Below, in pieces: positions 19,850 through 30,045 of a stretch of DNA of 64,000 nucleotides; the first letter of the stretch is position 1, and the number at the start of each line of letters is the position of its first letter. The stretch spans positions 3,200,001 through 3,264,000 of the forward strand of contig OZ220733.1 in NCBI GenBank assembly GCA_965116875.1. Direction: 5' to 3'. The stretch comes from Candidatus Latescibacterota bacterium (GTDB lineage: Bacteria; Latescibacterota; UBA2968; GCA-2709665). Position numbers and translations under genes: made by a program. The notes under the pieces are model-generated. The model was given only the letters and a program-made list of their open reading frames with translations, ran no database searches and had not been told where the DNA came from.

Positions 19850-20809
19850 TCAGGGATTCCTGCGGAGCTGGAGGTACGATTCGTATCGCTGGCGGGAGAC
19901 ATCCTCGCGGTCCACTGCATCCCTGACGATGCAACCCGGCTCGCCGACGTGGGTGCAGTCCCTGAACCGGCAGTGTCCGGAGAGGTTTCGAAACTCGGGA
20001 AAAAGCCCGGGGATTTCTTCCGTGTCGATCTCCCAAAGGTGGAATTCCCTCATGCCCGGCAGGTCGCCCACCATGCCGCCGGCTTCGAGTTCGACGAGTT
20101 CCGTGTGGGTGGTGGTGTGACGGCCTTCCCCCGTGGTTTCACTGACTTCACTCGTCCGCAACTCGAGTCCCGGCTGCAGCCAGTTGAGCAGGCTGGATTT
20201 ACCCACCCCCGACGGCCCCATGAAGAGCGAAATCCGGTTCCTGAGGAGGTTCAGGAACGCTTCCTCGCCTCTCCCGGAGATGATGCTGGTGAACGCAACC
20301 GGGTAGCCGATTTTTTCGTAAATCGACGCCGTCGTCTCGAACGCGGCGGGGCAGGGAAGATCCAGTTTGTTGAAACAGATGGCGGCCGGGATCTCACACC
20401 ATTCCGCAACGGCCAGCATACGGTCGAGCATACGCCAGTCCGGAGGCGGTTCAGCTACCGAAAAGACCGGGATGAGCTGGTCGATGTTGGCGGCCAGGAT
20501 CTGTTCTTTCCGTGAACTGCCGGATGCCCGTCTGGATATCTTGTTCCGCCTCGGCAGGATTTCACGGATCAGACCGGTATTCCCTTCGCCTGTATCGATT
20601 CGTACGTGGTCGCCTATGGCGACCGGATCCACGACGCGAGAGCGTCGAACGGCCTGTACCCGCTTTCTCCGCGAACCGGGCGCCGCTTCGGGATATTGAA
20701 GCTGTTTTCTCAGTTTGCTCGACACGGCACAATCCACCACCCGGCTTCCGGCGGCCACGTAATAGTGCCTTCGGTGTTCCCGGATAACAATGCCTTCTAC
20801 GTGTGCCAT
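19850..20809 (-). CDS. rsgA: Ribosome small subunit-dependent GTPase A (start may be 20878)
   Basis: AANID, NKLDL, GPSGVGKSS, GRHTTT, CRFRDCTH..EPGC. Confidence 0.92.
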   Translation of the reverse strand: MAHVEGIVIREHRRHYYVAAGSRVVDCAVSSKLRKQLQYPEAAPGSRRKRVQAVRRSRVVDPVAIGDHVRIDTGEGNTGLIREILPRRNKISRRASGSSRKEQILAANIDQLIPVFSVAEPPPDWRMLDRMLAVAEWCEIPAAICFNKLDLPCPAAFETTASIYEKIGYPVAFTSIISGRGEEAFLNLLRNRISLFMGPSGVGKSSLLNWLQPGLELRTSEVSETTGEGRHTTTHTELVELEAGGMVGDLPGMREFHLWEIDTEEIPGLFPEFRNLSGHCRFRDCTHVGEPGCIVRDAVDREDVSRQRYESYLQLRRNP

Positions 20810-21183
20810 AACGGGTCCGGACGGTTGGGGACGTGTCGAATCGCTTTTCTGCGCCGGGATTCTCTGGCTTTCCAACATGCTGAAAAAAGAAGGCTTATGG
20901 TTGACGTCGGTCATCGAGCAATGGGTCGTGGGGGACCGAAAATACAGAGCCGGGGATTCGTTGTCAAGAGAAACGACTTCGCGGCGCATTTTCCGGATCG
21001 CGGCCGTGGGGAGCCCGGCGAATCGGGTTGACTTTGGACAGCCGTTTGTATATTCTTCAAAAGTGGGGGGACGTGTGACGGTAGGCAAAAAAGGACCGCA
21101 CCGCGCCAGTCGGTCTCCCGCTCCTTTTCGCGGTACGCCTCCAACTTTCTGATCGCGAAGGACCGTTTTCTCAGGGACCTCTT

Positions 21184-21933
21184 ATGGACCAGGATCTGTC
21201 ACCGATTTTCAATCGCTGGATCTTCGATCCTCGGAAGACCTGTGCCAGAAAGATCGTGGGAATCGACGGAAGAGAGAAGCTTCAGGTCCGTTTCGAGCTG
21301 GGCCTCCTTCAGATGGAAATGACCGGTCGACCGGACGGCAAGTCACCGAAGGGATACGGATCGGCCCTCGATGCGTACCTGGATCGCCTGGAAGCCCACC
21401 GCCGGCAACACGGTTCAGACGAAGGATTCCGGCTGGATGAACAGGCATGCAACGTGTTGTGGACGGAAGGCGTACAATTCTATCAGCGGTACGTCTGTCT
21501 GATGCACCTGGGCGATTACGAAGGCGTTCTGAGGGATACCACGCACAATCTGGCACTGCTGGATCTGGTGAGGACATTCGGTGGCGATGAAGAGATCAAA
21601 TGTGAATTCGAGCGTTCAAGAACGTGTGTGCTCATGGTACATACCAGGTCCAAGGGCGAAATCTGTCTGCAGAATGGAAATTCCGAGGGTGCGCTGGAGG
21701 TGGTGCGGGAGGGCATCGAGGAAATTCGGAGCTTCCTGATCGGGTCCGGGGAACCGGACTCGCTTGAATCCAGCGATGAGCTGCGTACGCTGGAAGACTG
21801 GGAGGAAGAGATTCGGCGGCAATATCCCGCCCCCGACAGGAAGGACCTTTTGGCGCAAATCCAGACGGCGGTTGCCCGTGAGCGTTACGAACAGGCCGCG
21901 ATCTTGAGAAACCGTCTTCGTGGATTGAACTGA
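21184..21933 (+). CDS. Conserved protein with C-terminal UvrB/UvrC motif
   Basis: LGLLQME..GRPDG; C-terminal AVARERYEQAAILRNRL. Confidence 0.8.
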   Translation: MDQDLSPIFNRWIFDPRKTCARKIVGIDGREKLQVRFELGLLQMEMTGRPDGKSPKGYGSALDAYLDRLEAHRRQHGSDEGFRLDEQACNVLWTEGVQFYQRYVCLMHLGDYEGVLRDTTHNLALLDLVRTFGGDEEIKCEFERSRTCVLMVHTRSKGEICLQNGNSEGALEVVREGIEEIRSFLIGSGEPDSLESSDELRTLEDWEEEIRRQYPAPDRKDLLAQIQTAVARERYEQAAILRNRLRGLN

Positions 21934-22005
21934 AACCGTTTTCCACAAGTGAACAGGATGTCCTCGCGGGGCTCCGGCGCCGGGTGGACGACAAGACCGC
22001 ATATT

Positions 22006-22047
22006 CCGAATCTGAACAGCAGTGCGTTTTCAGATCCGGTTTTTTTG
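22006..22047 (+). terminator. Intrinsic terminator
   Basis: CCGAATCTGAA/TTCAGATCCGG stem followed by a T tract. Confidence 0.55.
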
Positions 22048-22113
22048 TTTGTGGATGGGGAGCGGTTCGCCCGTTCGCAGCCGAAGGGCAGGCGGACTTG
22101 AAGGGAGCCGTGG

Positions 22114-23373
22114 ATGAATCCGGAGTTCATGATCGCGCGCAGGCACTTCCGGTCCTTGCGCGCCAGGAGACGAATCTCCTTTACGATATGTATCGCGGCG
22201 GTCGGCGTGGCGTTGGGTGTCTCGTCGCTGGAGATCGTGATGTCCGTCATGAACGGTTATGCCAATATGATCCGCGAGCGTCTGCTGGGCGTAAACGCGC
22301 ACGTGACGGTGCGCAGGTCCTATCGCAAGCCCATGGAGGACTACAAGCCCTTGATCCGCACCCTGGAAGACCAGCCTGAAGTGCTCGCGGCGTCTCCGTT
22401 TATCCACGCGGAAGGTTTTGTCTTCCGGAAACCGGCCGGAGCGGGCGTGGTGAAATCGGGTGTTCTGGTGCGAGGCGTGGACCCATCGGCCCTTGCGCGC
22501 ACCAGCGACATTGGCACGTACATCCGGGACGGAACAATCGACCTCCGTCCGCTTGCGAAAGTGGGGTCGCGTGCGGTACACGGCATCCTGTTGGGCCAGG
22601 TTCTGGCACAAAGGCTGGATGCGGGCCCGGGAGACGACCTGTACCTGGGTCTGGTACCGAAAGACGTTGTTGGCGGCCGCGGACGCCGTTGGCAGCGTTA
22701 CCGGGTAACCGGGGTCTTCAACACCGGTTATTTCGAGTTCGATTCCAGGCTCGTTTATATCTCGCTTGCCGCCGCGAGGCGGGATCTGGGCTGGCAGGAC
22801 GCCGTAACCGGTATTCGACTGCGATTGGAGGATCCAATGGCAGCCGAACAACTGGACGCGACGTTCAGGCAACTCCTCAGAGAGACGTATCCCGGTCTTT
22901 TCGCTTCGTCGTGGACTCGGAATTTCGGGAATTTCTACGTTTTGATCCAGTTGCAGAAGTGGACGTTTTTCCTGATTCTGAGCCTGATCGTGGTTGTGGC
23001 GGGGTTCAACATCATCAGCATTCTGACCATGAATGTCACGGACCGTCGCCGGGAGATTGGAATTCTGAAGGCAATGGGAATGATCCCGGGGCGAATCGGT
23101 CGGATTTTTACCCTGGAGGGCGTGGTCGTCGGCGTTACGGGAATCGCAACCGGGAATCTGCTCGGGTTTTCTCTTTGCTGGATTCAGAAGCGGTTCGAGT
23201 TGATTCGGGTGCCGGGAGAGGTCTATTACGTCAGTTCGCTGCCGGTGGAGATGCGCTCCGAGGATTTCGGGCTTGTATCCCTGTGCGCCGTTCTGATCTG
23301 TTATCTCTTCAGCCTGTTCCCTTCCCGGGACGCGGCGGCCCTGGATCCAGTGGATGCAATCCGCTATGAGTGA
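22114..23373 (+). CDS. Lipoprotein-releasing ABC permease, LolC/E family
   Basis: GVALGV...SVMNG, VAGFNIIS, REIGILKAMG, LDPVDAIRYE. Confidence 0.9.
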   Translation: MNPEFMIARRHFRSLRARRRISFTICIAAVGVALGVSSLEIVMSVMNGYANMIRERLLGVNAHVTVRRSYRKPMEDYKPLIRTLEDQPEVLAASPFIHAEGFVFRKPAGAGVVKSGVLVRGVDPSALARTSDIGTYIRDGTIDLRPLAKVGSRAVHGILLGQVLAQRLDAGPGDDLYLGLVPKDVVGGRGRRWQRYRVTGVFNTGYFEFDSRLVYISLAAARRDLGWQDAVTGIRLRLEDPMAAEQLDATFRQLLRETYPGLFASSWTRNFGNFYVLIQLQKWTFFLILSLIVVVAGFNIISILTMNVTDRRREIGILKAMGMIPGRIGRIFTLEGVVVGVTGIATGNLLGFSLCWIQKRFELIRVPGEVYYVSSLPVEMRSEDFGLVSLCAVLICYLFSLFPSRDAAALDPVDAIRYE

Positions 23374-23426
23374 ACGTCACCGCGTGGTTCCCGACGACGT
23401 CTGCCAATCCGGACGGAGGACCTGTG

Positions 23427-24677
23427 ATGGTTGAGATCCTGATTGCACGACGGTATCTTCGCTCGATGCGGCGCCGGAAACGGGTCTCGTTCACGGTGGT
23501 GGTGGCGGCAGCCGGCGTAGGTCTGGGCGTGGCTGCGCTGGTGATCGTGTTGTCGGTGTCGAACGGGTTCTCAACACTGGTATGGGACCGGTTGCTGGGT
23601 GTGAACGCGCATGCCACGGTCAGGAAGGAAGCGGGGCAGCGGATCGAGGCCCCGCGGGAACTCCTGAACGCGCTGTCCTCCCAACCGCAGGTTACTGCCG
23701 TTTCTCCATTTGTGGCTTCGGAAGGCGCCCTGTTGCACCGGTCCTTCGAGGAGGAGGTATACAGCGCGGGTGTGATGGTGAGGGGCGTGACGCCGGACGG
23801 ACTGAAGGCGGTAAGCGATCTGGCGGATTATATCTGGGGTGGGGCCCTGGATCTGGGTCCCCGGGAAGCGAAAGGCCGGGGGCGGGTGTACGGAATCGTG
23901 ATCGGTCGCTACCTCGCCGATCAGCTGGGCGTACGGATAGGATCGGAAGTCCATCTCTGGATCCTGCCTCAGGAGATTTTCACGGCGGAGACCCGGTTCC
24001 GGCGTTACGTGGTCACCGGCATCTTCAGTTCCGGCAATCCTGAGTTCGATAGCGGACTGGCCTATGTGTCGCTCGACGCGGCCCGAAGGGACCTGGGTTG
24101 GGATCGCCACGTTACAGGCGTCCGCCTCCGGTTCGACGATGCGTTCCGTGCGCAGGAAATCAGTGCGGACATCGAGAAAGCGGTCAGGCGGCTGGACCCG
24201 GCGTTTGCCGTCCACCCATGGATGCGGGACCACGGCAATCTGTATTTTTCGATTCACCTGGAGAAGTGGGCGAGTTTTCTGGGTATCGGGCTGATCGTGG
24301 TGGTAGCCGGATTCAACATCGTCAGCGTGCTGACCATGAACGTCACGGAAAGACGCCGGGAGATCGGCATCCTGAAGGCCCTTGGGGTGCCGCCGCACAG
24401 GATTGGAAGGATATTCACGTGGCAGGGACTGGCTGTGGGGCTGTCCGGCGTTTTGCTTGGAAATCTGCTGGGGCTTGCCCTGTGTTGGGCGCAGCAGCGG
24501 TTCGAACTGCTGGAGATTCCGGGAGACGTCCTGATCACCCGGGCATTGCCCGTGGAGATGCAGGTCTCAGATTTCCTGGCGATCTCGGCTTCCGCCACAT
24601 TGATCTGCTATCTGTTCACGCTGTTCCCCGCCAGAGACGCCGCCGCGCTGGATCCCGTTGAGGCAATTAGGACGTAG
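23427..24677 (+). CDS. Lipoprotein-releasing ABC permease, LolC/E family (paralog)
   Basis: Same motifs as the upstream gene; GGAGGA RBS. Confidence 0.9.
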   Translation: MVEILIARRYLRSMRRRKRVSFTVVVAAAGVGLGVAALVIVLSVSNGFSTLVWDRLLGVNAHATVRKEAGQRIEAPRELLNALSSQPQVTAVSPFVASEGALLHRSFEEEVYSAGVMVRGVTPDGLKAVSDLADYIWGGALDLGPREAKGRGRVYGIVIGRYLADQLGVRIGSEVHLWILPQEIFTAETRFRRYVVTGIFSSGNPEFDSGLAYVSLDAARRDLGWDRHVTGVRLRFDDAFRAQEISADIEKAVRRLDPAFAVHPWMRDHGNLYFSIHLEKWASFLGIGLIVVVAGFNIVSVLTMNVTERRREIGILKALGVPPHRIGRIFTWQGLAVGLSGVLLGNLLGLALCWAQQRFELLEIPGDVLITRALPVEMQVSDFLAISASATLICYLFTLFPARDAAALDPVEAIRT

Positions 24678-24697
24678 TCCGCACCCTGAAAGCCGGA

Positions 24698-24862
24698 ATG
24701 GACCCCGACCCTTACAAATCGTATCCGCCGGGCGACCCCAGGCGTCCGCCATCTCGGGTGTTTCTGGTGCTGCTGGCCGTTGCCGTTGCGATTGTGGTCA
24801 CGCTGTTCGCCGCGCTCATCGTCTATCTGCGCGACGTCTGGACTGCCCGGCCGCTGGGATAG
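24698..24862 (+). CDS. 54-aa single-pass membrane protein
   Basis: MDPDPYKSYPPGDPRRPPSR-VFLVLLAVAVAIVVTLFAALIVYL-RDVWTARPLG; lies between the permease gene and a terminator. Confidence 0.6.
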   Translation: MDPDPYKSYPPGDPRRPPSRVFLVLLAVAVAIVVTLFAALIVYLRDVWTARPLG

Positions 24863-24889
24863 ATTGGATGGTTGAAGTCAAATGCGAAG

Positions 24890-24915
24890 AGGCCCGGGCT
24901 ACCGTCCGGGCCTTT
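24890..24915. terminator. Hairpin terminator between convergent genes
   Basis: AGGCCCGG/CCGGGCCT stem. Confidence 0.55.
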
Positions 24916-24940
24916 GACTTTACCCGCACCGCAGCGCCGT

Positions 24941-25678
24941 TCAGTACGTGGCGCGTCCGCCGCTGACGTCGTAACACTGCCCCGTTGTAAAGGTGGCCTC
25001 GTCGGAGGCCAGAAAGTGTACCAATGCGGCAACCTCACCGGGTTTGCCCAGGCGCCCCATCGGTATCTTGGAAGTGAGAATGGCGGCTCGTTCCGGATCC
25101 AGGCTCAGGGTCATCCCGGTTTCGATGAGAGCCGGCGCGACGCAGTTGACCCGGATGTTGTCGTCCAGAACCTCCTTCGCCAGTGCCTTCGTAAAACAGA
25201 TGACACCGGCTTTGGATACCGAGTAGGCCGCCATGTTGGCGTTTCCCTCTTTGCCGGAAATCGAGGCGATGGATACGATTGCGCCCCGCCTGCGTTCCGC
25301 CATGTGTCCGATGACCGCGCGCGAGCAGAGGAAGACGCCCTTGACGTTGGTGTTCATCACGCGGTCCCAGTCCGCTTCGCTCAGATCACGAACCGGCGCC
25401 TCCGGGCCCACAACACCGGCGTTATTGACCAGGATATCGATCCGGCCCAGTTGGTCAAGCACGTCGTTCACCATCCGGGATACATCCTCGCTGATGGAGA
25501 CATCCGCCCTCACGGCCATGCGAATGGTGGTAGAGGGGGCGGTCGGCGGGTCGAGATCCGCAATGGCGACGGTCGCGCCCGCACTCGACAGGCGTTCGGC
25601 GATCGCGGATCCGATGCCCCTGGCGGCGCCTGTGACGAGGGCAATACGGCCGGTAAGGTCCATGAACGTTTTCGGCAT
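24941..25678 (-). CDS. SDR family oxidoreductase
   Basis: TGAARGIG, NNAG, YSVSK. Confidence 0.92.
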   Translation of the reverse strand: MPKTFMDLTGRIALVTGAARGIGSAIAERLSSAGATVAIADLDPPTAPSTTIRMAVRADVSISEDVSRMVNDVLDQLGRIDILVNNAGVVGPEAPVRDLSEADWDRVMNTNVKGVFLCSRAVIGHMAERRRGAIVSIASISGKEGNANMAAYSVSKAGVICFTKALAKEVLDDNIRVNCVAPALIETGMTLSLDPERAAILTSKIPMGRLGKPGEVAALVHFLASDEATFTTGQCYDVSGGRATY

Positions 25679-25689
25679 TGTCGATTCTC

Positions 25690-26778
25690 TCAAAAGATCT
25701 CCGTCTGCTCCATGTATTCGATGAACTTCCGGTTTGCCCTGGAAAAAGCGTAATCTCCGAGATTGCCGGGGGCGGCCCATCTCACGTCAGAACATCCGCG
25801 CGCGTGCGCCTCGCCGCCAATGTAATCGCACTGAAACGCATGCATGGTCACGCTGAAGTGGGTAAACGCGTGCCTGACGGTCCTGAACCGGTCCCGGACG
25901 GCCGCATCCACGCCGGTTGACTCACGTACGGCGCGAATACAGGTATCGCCCAGGGGCTCTTCGTCCAATTGACGTGCTGAGGGAAATTCCCAGAGCCCGC
26001 CAAGAAGTCCGTTTTCCGGCCGCCGGGCAATCAGGACGCTGTCATTCCAGGATACGATTCCAACGCCCAGAGTGTAATGCGGACGGGGCTTCCTCGGCGC
26101 CCTGACCGGGAGCGAATCCGCATTGCCGGCGCGAAACGCCGCACAATGTTCGTTTACGGGGCAGGAACCGCAACGGGGCGCGCGGGGACGACAGACGGTT
26201 GCGCCAAGTTCCATAATCGCCTGGTTGTACTCGCCGGCGTCGCCCCGGTGGAGCAGGTTGTCCGCCAGTTTCTGGAGACTCGCTCTGGTTCGGGTCTGCC
26301 CGGTGTCGTCCTGAATCCCAAAAAGGCGACACAGCACGCGGATGACGTTTCCGTCGAGTACGGCATAGTCGCGGTCATAAGCGATGCTCAGGACTGCGGC
26401 CGTGGTATAAGGTCCGAAACCGGGCAGGGAGGCGAGTTCATCGTAGACGTCGGGCACGGCGCCGTCGAATCTGTCCACGATGTACCTGGCCGTCCTGTGC
26501 AGATTCCGGGCGCGGGTGTAGTATCCGAGGCCCTCCCAGGCCTTGAGAACACGGTCCCGAGGCGTATTCGCGAGAGCCTGTACGGTTGGAAAATCTCGAA
26601 GGAAGCGCCTGTAGTAAGGAATAACGGTCTCGACCCGTGTCTGCTGAAGCATGAACTCGGAGAGCAGGACGTGGTATGGATCTGTCGTACCGCGCCACGG
26701 AAGGTCCCGTTTCTCCTGTCGATACCAGGCGAGCAGGCGCCGTTTTATCGCTGCGCGTTTGGACGGATTGACATCCAT
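25690..26778 (-). CDS. mutY: A/G-specific adenine glycosylase
   Basis: SEFMLQQT, WEGLGYY.RARN, LPGFGPYT, DGNV.RV, CxxxxxxCxxCxxxxxC, NUDIX-like tail. Confidence 0.95.
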   Translation of the reverse strand: MDVNPSKRAAIKRRLLAWYRQEKRDLPWRGTTDPYHVLLSEFMLQQTRVETVIPYYRRFLRDFPTVQALANTPRDRVLKAWEGLGYYTRARNLHRTARYIVDRFDGAVPDVYDELASLPGFGPYTTAAVLSIAYDRDYAVLDGNVIRVLCRLFGIQDDTGQTRTRASLQKLADNLLHRGDAGEYNQAIMELGATVCRPRAPRCGSCPVNEHCAAFRAGNADSLPVRAPRKPRPHYTLGVGIVSWNDSVLIARRPENGLLGGLWEFPSARQLDEEPLGDTCIRAVRESTGVDAAVRDRFRTVRHAFTHFSVTMHAFQCDYIGGEAHARGCSDVRWAAPGNLGDYAFSRANRKFIEYMEQTEIF

Positions 26779-26796
26779 ATCTACAAGTGATGAGCG

Positions 26797-27114
26797 TCAG
26801 GTGGCCGCGCCCGGGCGGTCTTCATTGCGGCGACGTTTCTCTTCGGCAATATCACTGGCGTGCCCTTTGACGATATCCGGCGGGCTGCTTCTGATCAATT
26901 GCTGCAACGCCAGCAGGAACAACAGGATATCTTCACCATAACCCAGATGAGGAAACAACGCTTCCGGCAACAGGTCCACCGGAGATATCCCGTAGAGTAT
27001 GATGAGGTAGACCAGCAGTTTGCTGTACCATGGCACGCGCGGATCTTTCATCAGGCGCCATGAGAGCCTGATATATTGGGGCAGGCGAAAGAGAATGGAG
27101 AAGATGCCGCGCAT
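26797..27114 (-). CDS. YkvA/DUF1232 family membrane protein
   Basis: DPRVPW..K, Y.ISPVDLLPE...LGYGED. Confidence 0.85.
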   Translation of the reverse strand: MRGIFSILFRLPQYIRLSWRLMKDPRVPWYSKLLVYLIILYGISPVDLLPEALFPHLGYGEDILLFLLALQQLIRSSPPDIVKGHASDIAEEKRRRNEDRPGAAT

Positions 27115-27224
27115 GGCGGTAGCGATCGGGGTGATGCGGAATACGACCCGTCTGACGTTCGGGCTGCTAGACAGTCCGTTGAGAAAGTCGCTCTGCAGCC
27201 CGGATGGAATTTTCCAACGGACTG

Positions 27225-28217
27225 CTAACCCCTGCCAAGGAAAGACCTGACCCTGGGGTGGTCCAACACGTCCGGATTGATGATGTGCGCGGGTTCGCGG
27301 CCCTCCAGAGCATCGGTGATCTGCCCGAAGGTCCGGTGGTCCAGGCGTACCGCGGAAGCGTCGGTCATTCCGGCGTTGTGGTTGGTACAGATGATACGCG
27401 GATGCCCCTTGTGGATGGCTCGGGGACCGTCTACCGGGTCGTCTACCACGTAGTACCAGAGTCGTTCTTCGACAATGGCGCGGTTGACGGCAACGTCGTC
27501 CACCAGAGTGCCCCTCGAGGGGTTGATCAGGGAAGCGTGGGGCTGCATCGCGTTCAGGAGATCGCGCGTAACAATGGTATCCGCGCCGGACACGTGAAGG
27601 GAGACGGTGTCGCACTCCCTGAACAGGTCGATCGGATCGCCGACAGGCTCCGCCCCGAATCGTGACGCGAGTTCGGCCACGTCCGGGCGGACGTCGTAGA
27701 CGAGCAGGCGCCCGCGGTCACCGAGGAGAGGCTTCGCGCGTTCGGCGACGGCCTGACCGATGCGTCCGAACCCGTAAAGGCCGAGCGTGGTTTCCGCGGC
27801 TTCGTAGGTCCGGATGAGTGAGAAGTCGCCGCTGTGGGAGAGACGGTTCAGCGTGTAGACCCTTTTCAGTGTCGCCATCCACTGGGCTATGGTGTATTCG
27901 GCCACCGTGACCAAATGTTCGGGAGCGATGGTGACGATCACGCCGTGCCGCGCGGCCGCCTCCAGGTTGACCTTCTCGTAGCCGACGCCCCACCTGGAGA
28001 TGATCCGCAAGTCCGTCGCCGCTTCATAGAAGCTGTCGTGAATCAGCGAGGAACTCGCGATAACGCCAACCACTCCGGTTCCTTCGTCTTCCGTCAGTTC
28101 GCCTGTATAGTAGTCCACACCGGCAAACTCACGCAGATTCTCCACTCCCTCACGGCGGCTTTCCGAGTCGAACTCGGGGTTCCTCATATTGGCGGACAAC
28201 AGGATTCTTCGTGACAT
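27225..28217 (-). CDS. D-isomer-specific 2-hydroxyacid dehydrogenase
   Basis: RWGVGYE, GFGRIG, INPSRG. Confidence 0.85.
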   Translation of the reverse strand: MSRRILLSANMRNPEFDSESRREGVENLREFAGVDYYTGELTEDEGTGVVGVIASSSLIHDSFYEAATDLRIISRWGVGYEKVNLEAAARHGVIVTIAPEHLVTVAEYTIAQWMATLKRVYTLNRLSHSGDFSLIRTYEAAETTLGLYGFGRIGQAVAERAKPLLGDRGRLLVYDVRPDVAELASRFGAEPVGDPIDLFRECDTVSLHVSGADTIVTRDLLNAMQPHASLINPSRGTLVDDVAVNRAIVEERLWYYVVDDPVDGPRAIHKGHPRIICTNHNAGMTDASAVRLDHRTFGQITDALEGREPAHIINPDVLDHPRVRSFLGRG

Positions 28218-28335
28218 GCAATCCCTCTGTTGAATGAGTTACGCGGCGGCGGGTCTCTCGAAGCCTGCCGGGATTCGGACTGAGAGCCGGCATCCGGCTG
28301 AAAAACGCCTGCCGTGAACTACGGAACCCGCCCGA

Positions 28336-30015
28336 TTATGCTTCGTCCCTGTCCACCATTTCCTGTACGATTTCACGCAGGACGCTGCGCTGAACTTTTC
28401 CCGTGGACGTCACCGGCAGGCGGTCCGGATCGAACGGTATGGTCTTGCAGGGTGCTTCGAAGGGACTGAGGTTCGCAACGGTCCCTGCCTGCCCCGAGTT
28501 GAGAATGCGCCCGGCCGCGTCCTTCTGCATTGCGGGCGCCATTCCGTTGCGAAACACGAGCGCGGCGCACACCTCCTGTCCCCAGCGTTCGTCCTCGAGG
28601 CCGGTAACGTAGGCCGCGGTGAGTTCGGGAAAGGCTTCCACAAGGGCGTTTTCAACGGCGATCGGCGAGATGTTAACGCCTCCCTTGATCACAATCTCCT
28701 TTTTACGGCTGTGTACGACGTAGTAGTCCCGCCCGCCGATGGTGCGGCGGTAGCCGATATCGCCCGTGTGAAACCAGCCGTCCAGAAAGACCTCCTCCGT
28801 GGCCGCGGGCTGGTTGAGATAGCCGCCGGAAACAACGGGCCCGCGAACCAGAATCTCACCCGGTTCGCCAGGCGGTGGATCACCCTCCAGGCGGATATTG
28901 TTGTTGTCCAGCTCTACTCCGGCGGCGTTGTGCTTCAGTGCTTCCCTGTACTCGTCATCGGGCAGGTCGGGCGGAACGCCGGTCACCCGCAGGCTGACTT
29001 CGGTGGTGCCGTAGCCCTGGATCAGGCGCACCCCGAAACGATCGTGAAACCGCACGGCGTGGCCGGCGGGCACGGGCGCGCTGCCGATCATTATCTTTTC
29101 GAGCGCGGAGACGTCGTGTCCGGCCGGGTCGAACGTGTCGGCCTCTGAAAGAAGGTCTCGCATGATCGTTGGAACAATGCTGCTGGAAGTGGCTCTCTCT
29201 TCTGCGATGACCGGCCAGAAACCGGAGGCGCTGTAGCGGGAGTTGAGAATGAGCGTTCCACCGGCCATGAACAATGCAATCGAGAACACCGTTGAATTTA
29301 CGTGATGCAGCGGCAGAACCAGGCTCAGGCGTTCGTTTTTATCGAAGTGCAGCCAGCGGCCGATGCCGTCCGCATTGCTGACGATGCTCTGCCGTGTGAG
29401 CAGGACACCCTTGGGATTGCCGGTTGTTCCGGACGTATAGAGGATGATCCCCGTGGCCTGTTCCTCGATGAGGTCGCCGCTCCACTCGGGTTCGAGGTCG
29501 GTGGACCGGACAGCGTCGTCCGAAAGAAGGCTGTCCGTGGCCGCGATCGGGACTTCAGGTGCAACCTTCCGTTCGGATTCCAGATGCTCCGGGAGCACAC
29601 ACAGCAATCTGACGCTGGAGTCTTCGAGTTTGTATCGTTTCCGTTCCGGCGCGTCGCGCCTGAGATCCAGGGGGACCGCGGCGGCGCCAAGACGGAAGAG
29701 GGCCTGGGTGAACAGCAGGATTTCGGGACAGTTGGGCATGGCCAGAGATACACGGTCTCCCGGGCCGATGCCGTAGTCATCGTGGAGCCGGCACGCCAGC
29801 GCGGCCGTCCTCCGGTTCAGGTCTCCATATGTGACAACCGACCGCTCGTCCAGGTCCAGGTCGCGAAAGATGATGGCCGCCTGATCCTTGCCGTGCGATG
29901 CCCGATGCCGAAGAAGGTGCGTGAAGTTCTTCCAGGGAAAGCGATAGACGTGAGGGCGGCCGTTCTTGATACATGTGAAGATCCGTGGATCCATAGTGAC
30001 TGAACTGTCCGCCAT
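28336..30015 (-). CDS. Class I adenylate-forming enzyme (acyl-CoA ligase)
   Basis: YTSGTTGNPKG, QGYGTTE, HTGDIG, TGKVQR. Confidence 0.9.
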   Translation of the reverse strand: MADSSVTMDPRIFTCIKNGRPHVYRFPWKNFTHLLRHRASHGKDQAAIIFRDLDLDERSVVTYGDLNRRTAALACRLHDDYGIGPGDRVSLAMPNCPEILLFTQALFRLGAAAVPLDLRRDAPERKRYKLEDSSVRLLCVLPEHLESERKVAPEVPIAATDSLLSDDAVRSTDLEPEWSGDLIEEQATGIILYTSGTTGNPKGVLLTRQSIVSNADGIGRWLHFDKNERLSLVLPLHHVNSTVFSIALFMAGGTLILNSRYSASGFWPVIAEERATSSSIVPTIMRDLLSEADTFDPAGHDVSALEKIMIGSAPVPAGHAVRFHDRFGVRLIQGYGTTEVSLRVTGVPPDLPDDEYREALKHNAAGVELDNNNIRLEGDPPPGEPGEILVRGPVVSGGYLNQPAATEEVFLDGWFHTGDIGYRRTIGGRDYYVVHSRKKEIVIKGGVNISPIAVENALVEAFPELTAAYVTGLEDERWGQEVCAALVFRNGMAPAMQKDAAGRILNSGQAGTVANLSPFEAPCKTIPFDPDRLPVTSTGKVQRSVLREIVQEMVDRDEA

Positions 30016-30045
30016 CGGAACCGGATGAATCGCCGGGGAGCCTGT

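Noticed and set aside
28336-30015. menE assignment based on adjacency to aroC
   Set aside because: Only generic adenylation motifs are present, and no other men genes are adjacent.
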